Source of the DNA: a virus
Lineage: Duplodnaviria > Caudoviricetes
IMG/VR virus record: IMGVR_UViG_3300032330_000956
Coordinates: 1-64,000 of that record
DNA length: 64,000 nt
Direction: 5' to 3' (one strand)
Both the position numbers and the translations under genes were made by a program. Shown here one piece after another: positions 47,401 to 54,736 of this stretch; the stretch's first letter is position 1, and each line of letters starts with the position of its first letter. The notes under the pieces were generated by a model. That model saw only the letters and a program-made list of their open reading frames with translations. It did no database searches and was not told where the DNA came from.

Positions 47401-48415
47401 GCAATGATTCTACAAGGTCTGCCATAGATGTGCTTGTCTGGTTTTCTACAGCGTTCAAGAAGTTGACTGCATTTGCAGTATCGTCTGTTGTAAGTTTAAA
47501 TGTTCTTTGTAAAGCAATTGTTGCTTTAATGGCACTCTGCTGATCTAATTCGCCAAGAGTTGTAAGGCGCATGACTTCTCTTGTAGATTTAATTAGGTCT
47601 TGACCTTGTAAGCCAGTTGCAGCCAAATCTGCTGCTGCTGCAGCGGTATCTTTTGCAGCGACACCATAAGCGGTAGCAAGTTCTTGAGCAAGTGCTAAAG
47701 TTTGCTCACGGATAACACCAACAGTTTTTTGTGAAGTAGCCTCTAAGCCACTACCATAAACTTTAGACATTCTGGTTAGTTCTTTATCAACTTCCTGGAA
47801 AGCTTTACTAGCAGCCCCTCCAAAGGCAGCAAGAGGCACTGTAAGACCTACTGTAAGCTGACGACCCGACCATTGGGTATTTTTACCAAGATTTTGCAAT
47901 TCTGTGGACATTCCACGAATAACTGAGTTGTGAATTCTAGTTTTAATAATTGCTGCTTCTTGCTCCGCATTCAGGTCCTTCATCTTTGCAGAGATGTTTG
48001 TTAGAACTCTTGCGTATCCTGTTTTCAATGCATCTGGAATAACTACAGATTTAGCAATTCTTGCCTGTGATTCGGCAAGAGCATCCATTTCACTTCTTAC
48101 ACCTTTAGCATTTTTGCGGTAAAGGGAAAAATAATCGTGAAACTTTAATTTTCCACGTTCTAAATTTGTTCCAAAACGGTCAACCGAGTCTGCCATTTTG
48201 ACAAACTCGGTATTGAACGCTCTAGTAGATGTGACCATGCTGTCAAATCTTGATTGTGCATTAGTAATTTTTCTGGCAAAATCATCATTAACATCTCCCA
48301 GCGGGATTCTCTGTAATTCAAGCATGGAAGCTTTAAGCGAAGCCACCTGCGCTTTAATTTGTGCAAAGTCTCCAATTGCACTTACTTGAATGTTAATTTG
48401 ATTATTATTAGCCAT
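41474..48415 (-). CDS. Tape measure protein (TP901-like core)
   Basis: 2313 aa, Ala/Gly-rich helical; TP901 core; three GGY..GPG...D.IPAMLS.GEYV repeats; follows the tail chaperones. Confidence 0.95.
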   Translation of the reverse strand: MANNNQINIQVSAIGDFAQIKAQVASLKASMLELQRIPLGDVNDDFARKITNAQSRFDSMVTSTRAFNTEFVKMADSVDRFGTNLERGKLKFHDYFSLYRKNAKGVRSEMDALAESQARIAKSVVIPDALKTGYARVLTNISAKMKDLNAEQEAAIIKTRIHNSVIRGMSTELQNLGKNTQWSGRQLTVGLTVPLAAFGGAASKAFQEVDKELTRMSKVYGSGLEATSQKTVGVIREQTLALAQELATAYGVAAKDTAAAAADLAATGLQGQDLIKSTREVMRLTTLGELDQQSAIKATIALQRTFKLTTDDTANAVNFLNAVENQTSTSMADLVESLPRAANVVSDLGGSYKDLAAMMVALREAGVPAAEGANAIKSAMASLINPSTKAVKAFDAMGISIKSITTKDAGNLMLMVQDLQASLANIDPQQRLQLIEQLFGKFQFAKMTALINNLGQAGSQTEQVFKLAGASNTSLANLAKAELDQQANSVTGRYRRAMESFKAAMLPIGQQVTKFATVIMNAFSKVLQFINKLGPLKNILGGILTLGALVGPILMLSGLFMNLVGSLMKGALYFRMFKDGIKDGGIKGALGAMSNFFEKIDVSSLAASRNVDFMRDSAISAEQAFGVLNVAVQELRMNLEAIAKNPVGIFTGGGVKNIGKQVTDYSGKTLAEMQMLNPYLADKKKIQGIERPHMFPGSRLHSGWQGMSPEQQANYPSIQQALLGKDEDYQKKYMSEGLTAQFKAVPEGSLEAELQRKFKDEDVIHGGKTGVSKADVMTRGLVHLEKIHDDILSGTIAQDSLAAQQLEKIRALPVAEQQLEIEKAIGKVSFSEQEFHKTIVTHVETNYALLNAEESQLKALNAEILAITSDPAIVDKPAALSKAFVAFKEEVLAAGTQVANMVNMMTAELAANLAQAQTTFEAALIGAEAQSGISMAGEAKGGAWMRSLRRLATRDASYTRQGALIAGHANGGLIQKFAVGGYVSGPGGPKDDKVPAMLSGGEYVIKASSVNKYGRDTLDAINKGYATGGPVQYFSDPTTKNQPVRRYGDKEDAFAHAIAPDKKIDPGYERHVGYGFNINEITNHQLGKKTGTPISRLLHELQTPWATRDLEKNIYASVIEKMGPRKASLFAEAKAAEYKNKTMNYLIDLQKMGRARVTDKDWYGFAKNNIFNNPEDRKIYRSIAKNLSLQGTETRGALSATRVREGFPNRKVMPNRSVRYYSESGETYVTRRPGISTTQWDHYNADGTPFKNGEYIQNAAGANKARSPKRIQTVPLEQLAAGRGRTGLKIFKSMMTALGASNGGQIPAMLSNGEYVMSPQATAAHGSSFMAGINNGTAKFANGGHVPKFGIGGLFSRIRNASTIAGITPSDQIRYGGSGANRAVLKQAPGFATGASEQSQVGTAISSAASSVKNGLSTVATTFSNFNFKMKNTLPGIGETFKQNLKDMKDQRANAKMIGSSGGLSSGSMMDKIKGSLKDSEGKSKLKFSMGGMMAAPLITAAGDALTSRMPEGLGQSAVGGMAKGASLGAMFGPYGAAIGAALGGVGGLATKWFSEQKVKAEDTAAGLKSAVLMGTSSMEAFGVSLKGFGNATILSSKSFSTAASRMKQTIDNLAESFKNSDDPEVQKTMKNLKDALKDKDIKKVQGLMATTYASTLELTGSKVKANAAVKAYLQGAGATVGQTGEVLGGMGVKNLTKENSLNYTLSKAPSTTVMGDVLAQAAQNPDFALFTKQIQGLSGAVSGKFKTSTAAFKEFNNVVSATNPRLAELNTKLDKSGISLDSVAKYDALANAGFSITDKQVLALTSNVDALNGMMDIYAAKSAGMTGFQGLIDLAGKNDTNAAANAEKVQKAKEAAHQASIDAKQAEIDHVNAAIEKEQGYIDEINKEKEARNKVADAQNRQIQNERTLADLKMGITRAGATGDLVAMAAAQSAYNEELLKQAEQKKKDRADASDDAKIARHQAAIDAAQTQLKALTTQLGVINSTVVTVDTATKNTATSAETLAEKMVAALTSGKYKDAKSAWKALSGDDGIKKLVADSGISLDKWHTYFDNVSKSPGIQSILNAAAAIDKVSGMLAGIATKAEKDFVRQTAAGIMIAHPGTTATAAVSRAKSIWDATESPGTNKNKKPVRVKDGMHGFTPNGSEFVWSKEENKWLQWDAENGKTLDTPASLDTTGMVSDGHPVINPATGKNYAFGGYISGPGTMTSDSIPAMLSNGEYVVRANSVGKYGVGLMNAINDGSFGPHYAAGGLAKHYSFGGMASDNNNSFSDNSVYNINVSVDTNANPDEIARTVMRTIQRESRSMSTGRTLG

Positions 48416-48418
48416 TAA

Positions 48419-48742
48419 CTACTCCTCCACATGATGCCCCAAGCCAAGACCGATTCCAAAACCAGCCTCTTTTGCCTGATAGCCCTTGAGGGATGTAACG
48501 TCTTTAGCAACTGATTCGTTGTCGGGTTTTTCTTCAAGATCCACCCCTTGAATTGCTGCCTGGAATCTGTTATGACGATCTTCTCGTTCATACATAGCTT
48601 TGAGAGTTGCAAGCAACTCTTCAACTGACATATTTGATTCAAGTTCGTCATAATTTTTCCAATGACCCAGAAGAAATACTTCTGATTCTAACTTGGCAAG
48701 ATCTAGTTCATCCCAACTAGATCCGCCACCGCTAGGTTTGGG
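48419..48742 (-). CDS. Tail assembly chaperone, -1 frameshift extension (GT-type)
   Basis: The -1 frame is open from 48742 to 48419 (PKPSGGGSSWDELDLAKLESEVFLLGHWKNYDELESNMS...). Confidence 0.8.
   Translation of the reverse strand, partial: PKPSGGGSSWDELDLAKLESEVFLLGHWKNYDELESNMSVEELLATLKAMYEREDRHNRFQAAIQGVDLEEKPDNESVAKDVTSLKGYQAKEAGFGIGLGLGHHVEE
48700..48742 (-). promoter_or_regulatory. Programmed -1 ribosomal frameshift signal
   Basis: Slippery heptamer C CCA AAC (48736-48742) in frame; 9-bp hairpin GATCTAGTT/AACTAGATC at 48700-48723. Confidence 0.8.
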
Positions 48743-49038
48743 TCATTCAGCTTTAGCCCTCCAGCTACCTCCAAGATTTTCATCATGGTCGGTACTTCAA
48801 TTGTTTCTTCGAACAAATCTCTGTCTACAGAAAGTTCTGGTTTTAGTTGCCCAAGGCAAACCATAGCACCCTCAATAAAGATTTCCATAATCTGGTCTTC
48901 TTCTGTAATTTCTGGACTATCCATCTTTTTAATTACCTGTAAAAATTTCTTTAAATGCTTAATTGTAAGCGGTCTAATTGTTAGTGTTTCACCGTTTGAT
49001 AGTTGAATTTCCTCAACATCGTATACTGTTGTTGGCAA
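48703..49038 (-). CDS. Tail assembly chaperone (G-type)
   Basis: Between the major tail and tape measure genes; TGGTATAAT at 49064-49072 and GGAGG RBS. Confidence 0.85.
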   Translation of the reverse strand: MPTTVYDVEEIQLSNGETLTIRPLTIKHLKKFLQVIKKMDSPEITEEDQIMEIFIEGAMVCLGQLKPELSVDRDLFEETIEVPTMMKILEVAGGLKLNDPNLAVADLVGMN

Positions 49039-49094
49039 AATGTCCTCCTAAATGTCTATTCAAATTATACCAAAACAAATGGTTAAAACATAAA

Positions 49095-49115
49095 TGCCCC
49101 CAAAAAATGGGGGCA
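49095..49115 (-). terminator. Intrinsic terminator after the major tail gene
   Basis: TGCCCCCA/TGGGGGCA 8-bp stem followed by TTTATGTTTT. Confidence 0.75.
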
Positions 49116-49137
49116 CCTACGTTTAAGACTTTGAATC

Positions 49138-50262
49138 TTAGTATGCTGTGAACACACGGTCAATAATTACACCGTATTCTGCACCATCATAAAGATCGTT
49201 ATCATCTGGCAAGCAACGGAACTGCACAGGGAATACTGTTGCAGAATCACGCTTTAAGCCATGAGATGAAGACTCGATTTGTACAACTCTTCTTGCAACG
49301 TATACACGCTCTTTCAGAGATGTTGTTACATCATTCTTTCCTGGAACAAATTGGTTGTTTGGATCGTATGAAGGATCCGCAGTTTCACCAAATTGAACTG
49401 GAGCTTGACCAACTGCAACGATTGAACGCTCTACTGGAGCATCACCTAATGCACCTGCTGCAAGGCTAAGGGTAGCCGTTTGACCACCTGTGAAGCTTGC
49501 TGCAAGGTTAAGGGTAATGTCCTGGTTTGCAGAACCTGAAGTTCCACTACCACCAAAGTATTTCTGATCAGCACCGAGGATCTTAATTGTTCCTGATGCA
49601 GCACCTGCAGTAAATCCACTACCACCATATACCTGAGTAACAGCGATAACAGAACCACTAGAGTTTCTTGTTACGTTGTACGTTGGAGCAGTTGACGCAG
49701 TTACTGTGATTGTACCTGTTGAACCAATTGAAGGAATAATTGTTGTTCCTGTTAGCGTTGATGACGCAGTTCCACCTGAACCAAGTGTAATCTTTGCTGG
49801 ATCAATTGAAGTTCCATCATTGTAATCCAAAACCTTTGGATAAGATGGAGTACCTGACTGATTGTATGCTGCTGGGGTTTCGCTTTGACCAAATACTAAC
49901 TGAAGGTTCTCAAGAGTACCTTCTGCTAATTCTGTCTTAAGCATAACCTTAAGAGTTGACTTGAACAAACGAGCTGCATCAAGTAATTGGTCAACCATAA
50001 CATCGTTATAGCCTGGTTCGTATGAAACTTCAAGACCTGTGTTGGTATAACCAACGTCTCTCCAGTTTGCATTCTGACCCAAGTATGATCTTGCACTTTG
50101 CTGTGCTGTAAAGTTTACGTCACCTGTAGCATTTACTAAACCAGGTAATGCATTTCCAGTTGCCTGGGATGTACCTGGCTTTGTGACTGGGCGGTAAGCA
50201 CCTGAACCTCTAGATACATAGATCTGAGCAGCACCTACCAAAATATTTCTTACATCTGCCAT
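49138..50262 (-). CDS. Major tail (tube) protein with a ~135-aa insert
   Basis: NILVGAAQIY, WRDVGYTNTG, VDQLLDAARLFK and ATVFPVQFRCLP; position upstream of the chaperones. Confidence 0.88.
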   Translation of the reverse strand: MADVRNILVGAAQIYVSRGSGAYRPVTKPGTSQATGNALPGLVNATGDVNFTAQQSARSYLGQNANWRDVGYTNTGLEVSYEPGYNDVMVDQLLDAARLFKSTLKVMLKTELAEGTLENLQLVFGQSETPAAYNQSGTPSYPKVLDYNDGTSIDPAKITLGSGGTASSTLTGTTIIPSIGSTGTITVTASTAPTYNVTRNSSGSVIAVTQVYGGSGFTAGAASGTIKILGADQKYFGGSGTSGSANQDITLNLAASFTGGQTATLSLAAGALGDAPVERSIVAVGQAPVQFGETADPSYDPNNQFVPGKNDVTTSLKERVYVARRVVQIESSSHGLKRDSATVFPVQFRCLPDDNDLYDGAEYGVIIDRVFTAY

Positions 50263-50363
50263 ATTATTTTTTCACCTACTTCCTTTTTTAAGGTATTGGC
50301 GAATTTCACTTCCTCACTTTTTATTTTATCATGAGTAGACAACAAAACAAACTTGTTGCAATC

Positions 50364-50852
50364 TCAATCTTTTCTTACATAAGTATAACGAATTTTAACT
50401 TCACCCAACATAAACCCGCCCTCTGTGGAAAAATTTTGAGGGGATAAAGTTTCTTCATTGTAGAAGAAATGGTATTCAAATGGTGTAGTGTTGTTATTAA
50501 AAGCATTTATATCATGGGCAGCATCGTCAAATCTACTCATAAGTGCCTGTAAATAATTAATAATTTGATTAATCTTGTCATAACTTGGAGATACAATACT
50601 GTAGGTTGCAATCTCTTCTGTAATCCAGTAGTTTTCTCCAGTTCTTAAAATATCATAGTCATAAACCATATATGTTTGACCTGGCAAAAGATTGTTAAAT
50701 TCAGGGATTTGTTGTGCTGGAATTATAGGGGTTAATGGTTCGGTAAAACCTTCTGCATAATAATCTTGTTCATCTAAAATCCCGTCTGATTTTAAATTTG
50801 ACCAAATATAATCATTAATTCCATAAATGGCTAATTTTAAATAATCTGTCAT
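50364..50852 (-). CDS. Tail terminator-like protein
   Basis: Position directly before the major tail gene; size. Confidence 0.65.
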   Translation of the reverse strand: MTDYLKLAIYGINDYIWSNLKSDGILDEQDYYAEGFTEPLTPIIPAQQIPEFNNLLPGQTYMVYDYDILRTGENYWITEEIATYSIVSPSYDKINQIINYLQALMSRFDDAAHDINAFNNNTTPFEYHFFYNEETLSPQNFSTEGGFMLGEVKIRYTYVRKD

Positions 50853-51577
50853 TATAATTCAATTACTCCCTGTGCATATTTTTCTGTAATTTCTCTAATA
50901 GCTTCTTTGGCTGCCATTTTTCCACTGCGTTTTTGATTCAAAACTTTAGCAACATTTTTCCCAATTTCCTGAAACATTCCAGATCTTCTAATTGCAGAAT
51001 CAACTTTTTTAGAATACCACATAGTTGCAAATTTATCAAAGGCGTTGGTGGTTTGTTTTCCACCAGGATTCATAATTCGAACAACATGTCGTGGACTTAC
51101 AAAATGAACTTTATTATCTTTTTGTGATAAGAATATGATGTATTGTTTTGTAGTAAATGTTACTGGCTGTCCATCTTCCATGACCTGTGCCATATTTTTA
51201 AATACCGTTCTTTTACTAGCAACCCTTCCCTTTTTTCCAGGCATTTTTAATACTTCTGGAATAGGTACTGGAGTAACAGATTTTTTAAAAGAAAGATTTA
51301 TTTTTAAATCCCCGCCAGACACAGATTGTCTTTTAATTTTAAAAAGCTTTTGAGTTGGGTCCCCAACCTTTTCCCACTCATACATATGAAAATATTTTTT
51401 AGGATTTTTGGCGGAGGCAATAGAAAAATCTTTAATAAATTGCTTGCTGGTAATTGTAAAGATAGCTTTAGAAATTTGAGTTTTTGTATCACGAGTACCA
51501 AGCTCTTTAATACCCTCAACTTTATTCTCTAATTCAAAAAATAAATCATTTAGATTCTCAAATTGCAATGATATCAT
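50852..51577 (-). CDS. Head-tail joining / minor tail component
   Basis: Basic protein within the connector cluster. Confidence 0.6.
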   Translation of the reverse strand: MISLQFENLNDLFFELENKVEGIKELGTRDTKTQISKAIFTITSKQFIKDFSIASAKNPKKYFHMYEWEKVGDPTQKLFKIKRQSVSGGDLKINLSFKKSVTPVPIPEVLKMPGKKGRVASKRTVFKNMAQVMEDGQPVTFTTKQYIIFLSQKDNKVHFVSPRHVVRIMNPGGKQTTNAFDKFATMWYSKKVDSAIRRSGMFQEIGKNVAKVLNQKRSGKMAAKEAIREITEKYAQGVIEL

Positions 51578-52019
51578 TGTTTTGAACCTGTGCCCTTCGC
51601 AAATTTATTTCATAATATGAAATTTTTCCAAATGGATCTAAAACGGGGTGTGTAGAAATTACATCGAATATTGTATCCGATAAACTCATGGTATCTGCTT
51701 CAACAAAAGCACTTTCTCCATCAGATGTTTTAATTCCCGTTACTCTAAAACGCTTACTTAATCTTACTGTGCATTGTAGCTTAATGTGCATATTTTCCTG
51801 ATAACCTTGACTGCCAGGTTTAAACTGCTTGTCATCAATAATTCCTTTACCGCCATCATCTTTGACAACCATAGCTTTGCAAGAAATAGTTCTATCATAA
51901 GACCATTTTCTTTTTACCGATCCAGACTGAGATTGAATATTTGTTTGTGTGTACACATCTGCAGTCATGTTCATGAAAGCGTTTGCATATGAGTTTAATT
52001 TAAAAATTCCAGTGCTCAT
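51558..52019 (-). CDS. Head closure (stopper) protein
   Basis: Position after the adaptor; beta-rich; G..KRKW...I.C motif. Confidence 0.65.
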   Translation of the reverse strand: MSTGIFKLNSYANAFMNMTADVYTQTNIQSQSGSVKRKWSYDRTISCKAMVVKDDGGKGIIDDKQFKPGSQGYQENMHIKLQCTVRLSKRFRVTGIKTSDGESAFVEADTMSLSDTIFDVISTHPVLDPFGKISYYEINLRRAQVQNNDIIAI

Positions 52020-52020
52020 A

Positions 52021-52962
52021 CTAAATCACTACAATATTAATATTTCTATATTGATCCAAGATTCCATCAACAATCACGTTGCCCGTTCCATTTAGGGCAC
52101 CTGCACTTAATTCAAATGATACTTCTGCTAGTGTGACTTTCTTTAAGTATTTGTTTCTCCACGCTGCATCATTTGACAACAAATCGCCACAGAGCAACAG
52201 GGTGCAAAGTTTAATATCTTGTGGTACATAATTATACCCAATTTTTCCAACAATTTTATAGCGGGAGTTATTTCTAAATTTTCCATAAGCAATAATTGTT
52301 GGATCTACTTGATTGTCATAACGAGTATCAAATAAGTTGGTTTTAATTCTTAAAGCTTTTCCAGTTTGAGTTAATTCTACATCAAAGCCAAAGCTGTTAT
52401 ATGTTGGGCTGGCGGTGTAATCAATAACAAGTTCATCATTTTCATACAACTTATCTACAGCAAGCATTCTTTCTGTAAGCTGTATAGCATCGCTTCCAAT
52501 TCCAAAAATTTCTTGATAATCATAACGATTGCCAAAATCTTGCATGGTATAGTTATTGATTTGTGTTCTAGCAATATTTTCAGCAATCATAATTTCTTGC
52601 TCAGAATAATAGTTGGGTTGCGATGGGGCAGCCCCCAACTTGTAATAACTAATAATATCACTGACTAATGCGTATGGGGTAACAACCTCAACAAATTGTG
52701 TTTGAGATGTTGCTTTACCGCCCAAAGTATATGACCAAAGGACTTGCAGAACCCTGTTTGACTGCGTGATATCTGGAGTTACTTCATAAGTATATTTTCC
52801 TAAAGGCGTTTGACCTACGGCTGAGGCGGAGCTGACAAGGACTGTTCCTGTGTCAGCATCCGTAATTTTAACAATAACAGATCCATCAGCATTCATGAGC
52901 TGACCCTGACTGTAAATGTCTAAAGTAATGGTTTGTGTTGTGCCATTATGAATTTGTTGCAA
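52021..52962 (-). CDS. Head-tail adaptor with an N-terminal Ig-like domain
   Basis: GKYTYEV...WSYT N-terminal domain; VPQDIKLC and VDGILDQYR gp6-like C-terminus. Confidence 0.75.
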   Translation of the reverse strand: MQQIHNGTTQTITLDIYSQGQLMNADGSVIVKITDADTGTVLVSSASAVGQTPLGKYTYEVTPDITQSNRVLQVLWSYTLGGKATSQTQFVEVVTPYALVSDIISYYKLGAAPSQPNYYSEQEIMIAENIARTQINNYTMQDFGNRYDYQEIFGIGSDAIQLTERMLAVDKLYENDELVIDYTASPTYNSFGFDVELTQTGKALRIKTNLFDTRYDNQVDPTIIAYGKFRNNSRYKIVGKIGYNYVPQDIKLCTLLLCGDLLSNDAAWRNKYLKKVTLAEVSFELSAGALNGTGNVIVDGILDQYRNINIVVI

Positions 52963-52981
52963 TTAAAATTCCTCCAATAAA

Positions 52982-53374
52982 TTAGCGGTAAAATTCCTGG
53001 ACTTCTCTAGGTGTCGCTAATCTAAAACCTTCAATATTATCGAAAATAGTTTGTGCCTGATTTTCATTCATTGGAACATATGGGTGCTGCTGTGTGAAAA
53101 CAAAATCTCCATATTGATAAGACATATTGCCTCTTTCCATTTTTACCAAAACAACTCCAGGAGCACGAACATCTAAGTTTTGCTTGCGTGGAGATGGATC
53201 TGGTTCTGGCTCAACTCTTTCACTTTCAAAAAATCTTTTATAAGTATCGTATGTGATACCTTCTTCTTCAAGTAGTAAAATTAACTTTTGTTTTGCAATT
53301 TTAACTGGTAATTCTACTGCAAAAGACTCCGCTACGTCACGAAGTTCTTGCACTTTCATTGTATCAAAAGACAT
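52982..53374 (-). CDS. Hypothetical head-associated protein
   Basis: N-terminal SAP/Rho-N-like segment (MKVQELRDVA); RLATPREVQEFY; TGGTATAAT at 53398-53406. Confidence 0.65.
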   Translation of the reverse strand: MSFDTMKVQELRDVAESFAVELPVKIAKQKLILLLEEEGITYDTYKRFFESERVEPEPDPSPRKQNLDVRAPGVVLVKMERGNMSYQYGDFVFTQQHPYVPMNENQAQTIFDNIEGFRLATPREVQEFYR

Positions 53375-53423
53375 TTGATTCCTTTCTCTATGTAACGATT
53401 ATACCAAATAATTTATAAAATGA

Positions 53424-53453
53424 ATAAAGGGAGCCAATATATGCTCCCTTTAT
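53424..53453 (-). terminator. Hairpin terminator after the major capsid gene
   Basis: ATAAAGGGAGC/GCTCCCTTTAT 11-bp stem followed by TCATTTT. Confidence 0.75.
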
Positions 53454-53473
53454 CCAATAGACTAATAATTATA

Positions 53474-54703
53474 TTAGAATGTACCCAATCCTGCAGGGCT
53501 AGTACCACCAGGTTGGAAATTGGTGTTAGATCCCTTGAAGAAGTTCGGATCTGTAACTCCAGATCCATTGTAGAAGGAACCAAAGTTGGAACCTTGAGGT
53601 ACAGTTGCGTATGCCGTTCCTGTACCAGATACACGAACATTCTTGACAAGAACGTGTGCGTCATAGTTTTCTAATACACAACCAACACGGATGAAGAGAG
53701 TGTACTCAATTGTATCCTTCTTTGGCTGGAATAGACGATAAACTGTAACATCACGCTTAATACCAACAATGAAGTTCTGGGGGAATGTAAGGTGGATATC
53801 ACCATGCAAAGCACCAGTTGTAGTATCTCCTGCTCTAGCTGTACCTTCGTATGCCAATGTCTCGTCCATCAATGGGACGTTGATTACTGGAATACCGAAA
53901 GCAAACGGGGTTGTTGTACCTGGACCACCATCATTAGCAGCCACTTCACCACGAAGGATACCTGAAGAGATATCGAATGGGAGGAAGTTTCCACCAGTGT
54001 TGGTTAGGTTGTATAGGTAATCCTGAACCAAGTTAGATCCTGCAAAGAAGCGCAGCTGGTTACGGCGTTGCTTGTACTTACGAGGAAGTTGCTTGATTGC
54101 AAGGTTGAATACAGCCTTATCTAGACCATAGCCCTGTGCGTCTACAACGTGTGCATTGGTTGCAGCAAGTCTACGGAAACCGTTAAATGCTGACATTAAT
54201 CCACTTGTGTATCCAGTGCTTCCATTGATCAAAAGATCTTCCACATCGTTACCAGCTTGTGTAGCCATAAGTCGTGCAATGTGATCTTCTAGATCTGGAC
54301 CTTCAATGTTGTCTTCAAGTGACTCTGCTGAAAGCTCCCAATCAAGACGCAATTTGCGAGTTGTAAGAGAGATCTTTGAGAATACTGCGTCACGGTTAGT
54401 GAACGCACCAGTTCCACCAGCTACGCCAGTGTAATCACGAGGATTGTCTTCTGAAGCAACGGTCATAATTCTTTGACCAACTGCGGTACGATCAATTTCA
54501 GTTGTGTTTGAGCGCATACGGATAGTACGAGCTGACTTAGCTAAAATTGTTGCATCCCACATGTAATCAAGGAATCGATTAGCCTGGTCAGGGTAGAGAA
54601 GACCAACACCACTAGGGTTGTTAGTATCTCCCGATGCGTTAACTGTAGCACCGCCACCGAGGTTTGTTGTATCAATTACTTTTTGTAAAAGTTCATTACT
54701 CAT
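53474..54703 (-). CDS. Major capsid protein (HK97 fold)
   Basis: L.PDQANRFLD, KLRLDWELSAESLEDNIEG, GNDVEDLLING and IVGIKRD.TV motifs; follows the protease. Confidence 0.93.
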   Translation of the reverse strand: MSNELLQKVIDTTNLGGGATVNASGDTNNPSGVGLLYPDQANRFLDYMWDATILAKSARTIRMRSNTTEIDRTAVGQRIMTVASEDNPRDYTGVAGGTGAFTNRDAVFSKISLTTRKLRLDWELSAESLEDNIEGPDLEDHIARLMATQAGNDVEDLLINGSTGYTSGLMSAFNGFRRLAATNAHVVDAQGYGLDKAVFNLAIKQLPRKYKQRRNQLRFFAGSNLVQDYLYNLTNTGGNFLPFDISSGILRGEVAANDGGPGTTTPFAFGIPVINVPLMDETLAYEGTARAGDTTTGALHGDIHLTFPQNFIVGIKRDVTVYRLFQPKKDTIEYTLFIRVGCVLENYDAHVLVKNVRVSGTGTAYATVPQGSNFGSFYNGSGVTDPNFFKGSNTNFQPGGTSPAGLGTF

Positions 54704-54736
54704 TTTTTATTTCACCTACCTTTCAAAATAGATTTT

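Noticed and set aside
50263-54736. Shared GTAGGTGAAA motif before the major capsid and major tail genes
   Set aside because: It is explained as an AGGTGA-type Shine-Dalgarno for highly expressed genes.
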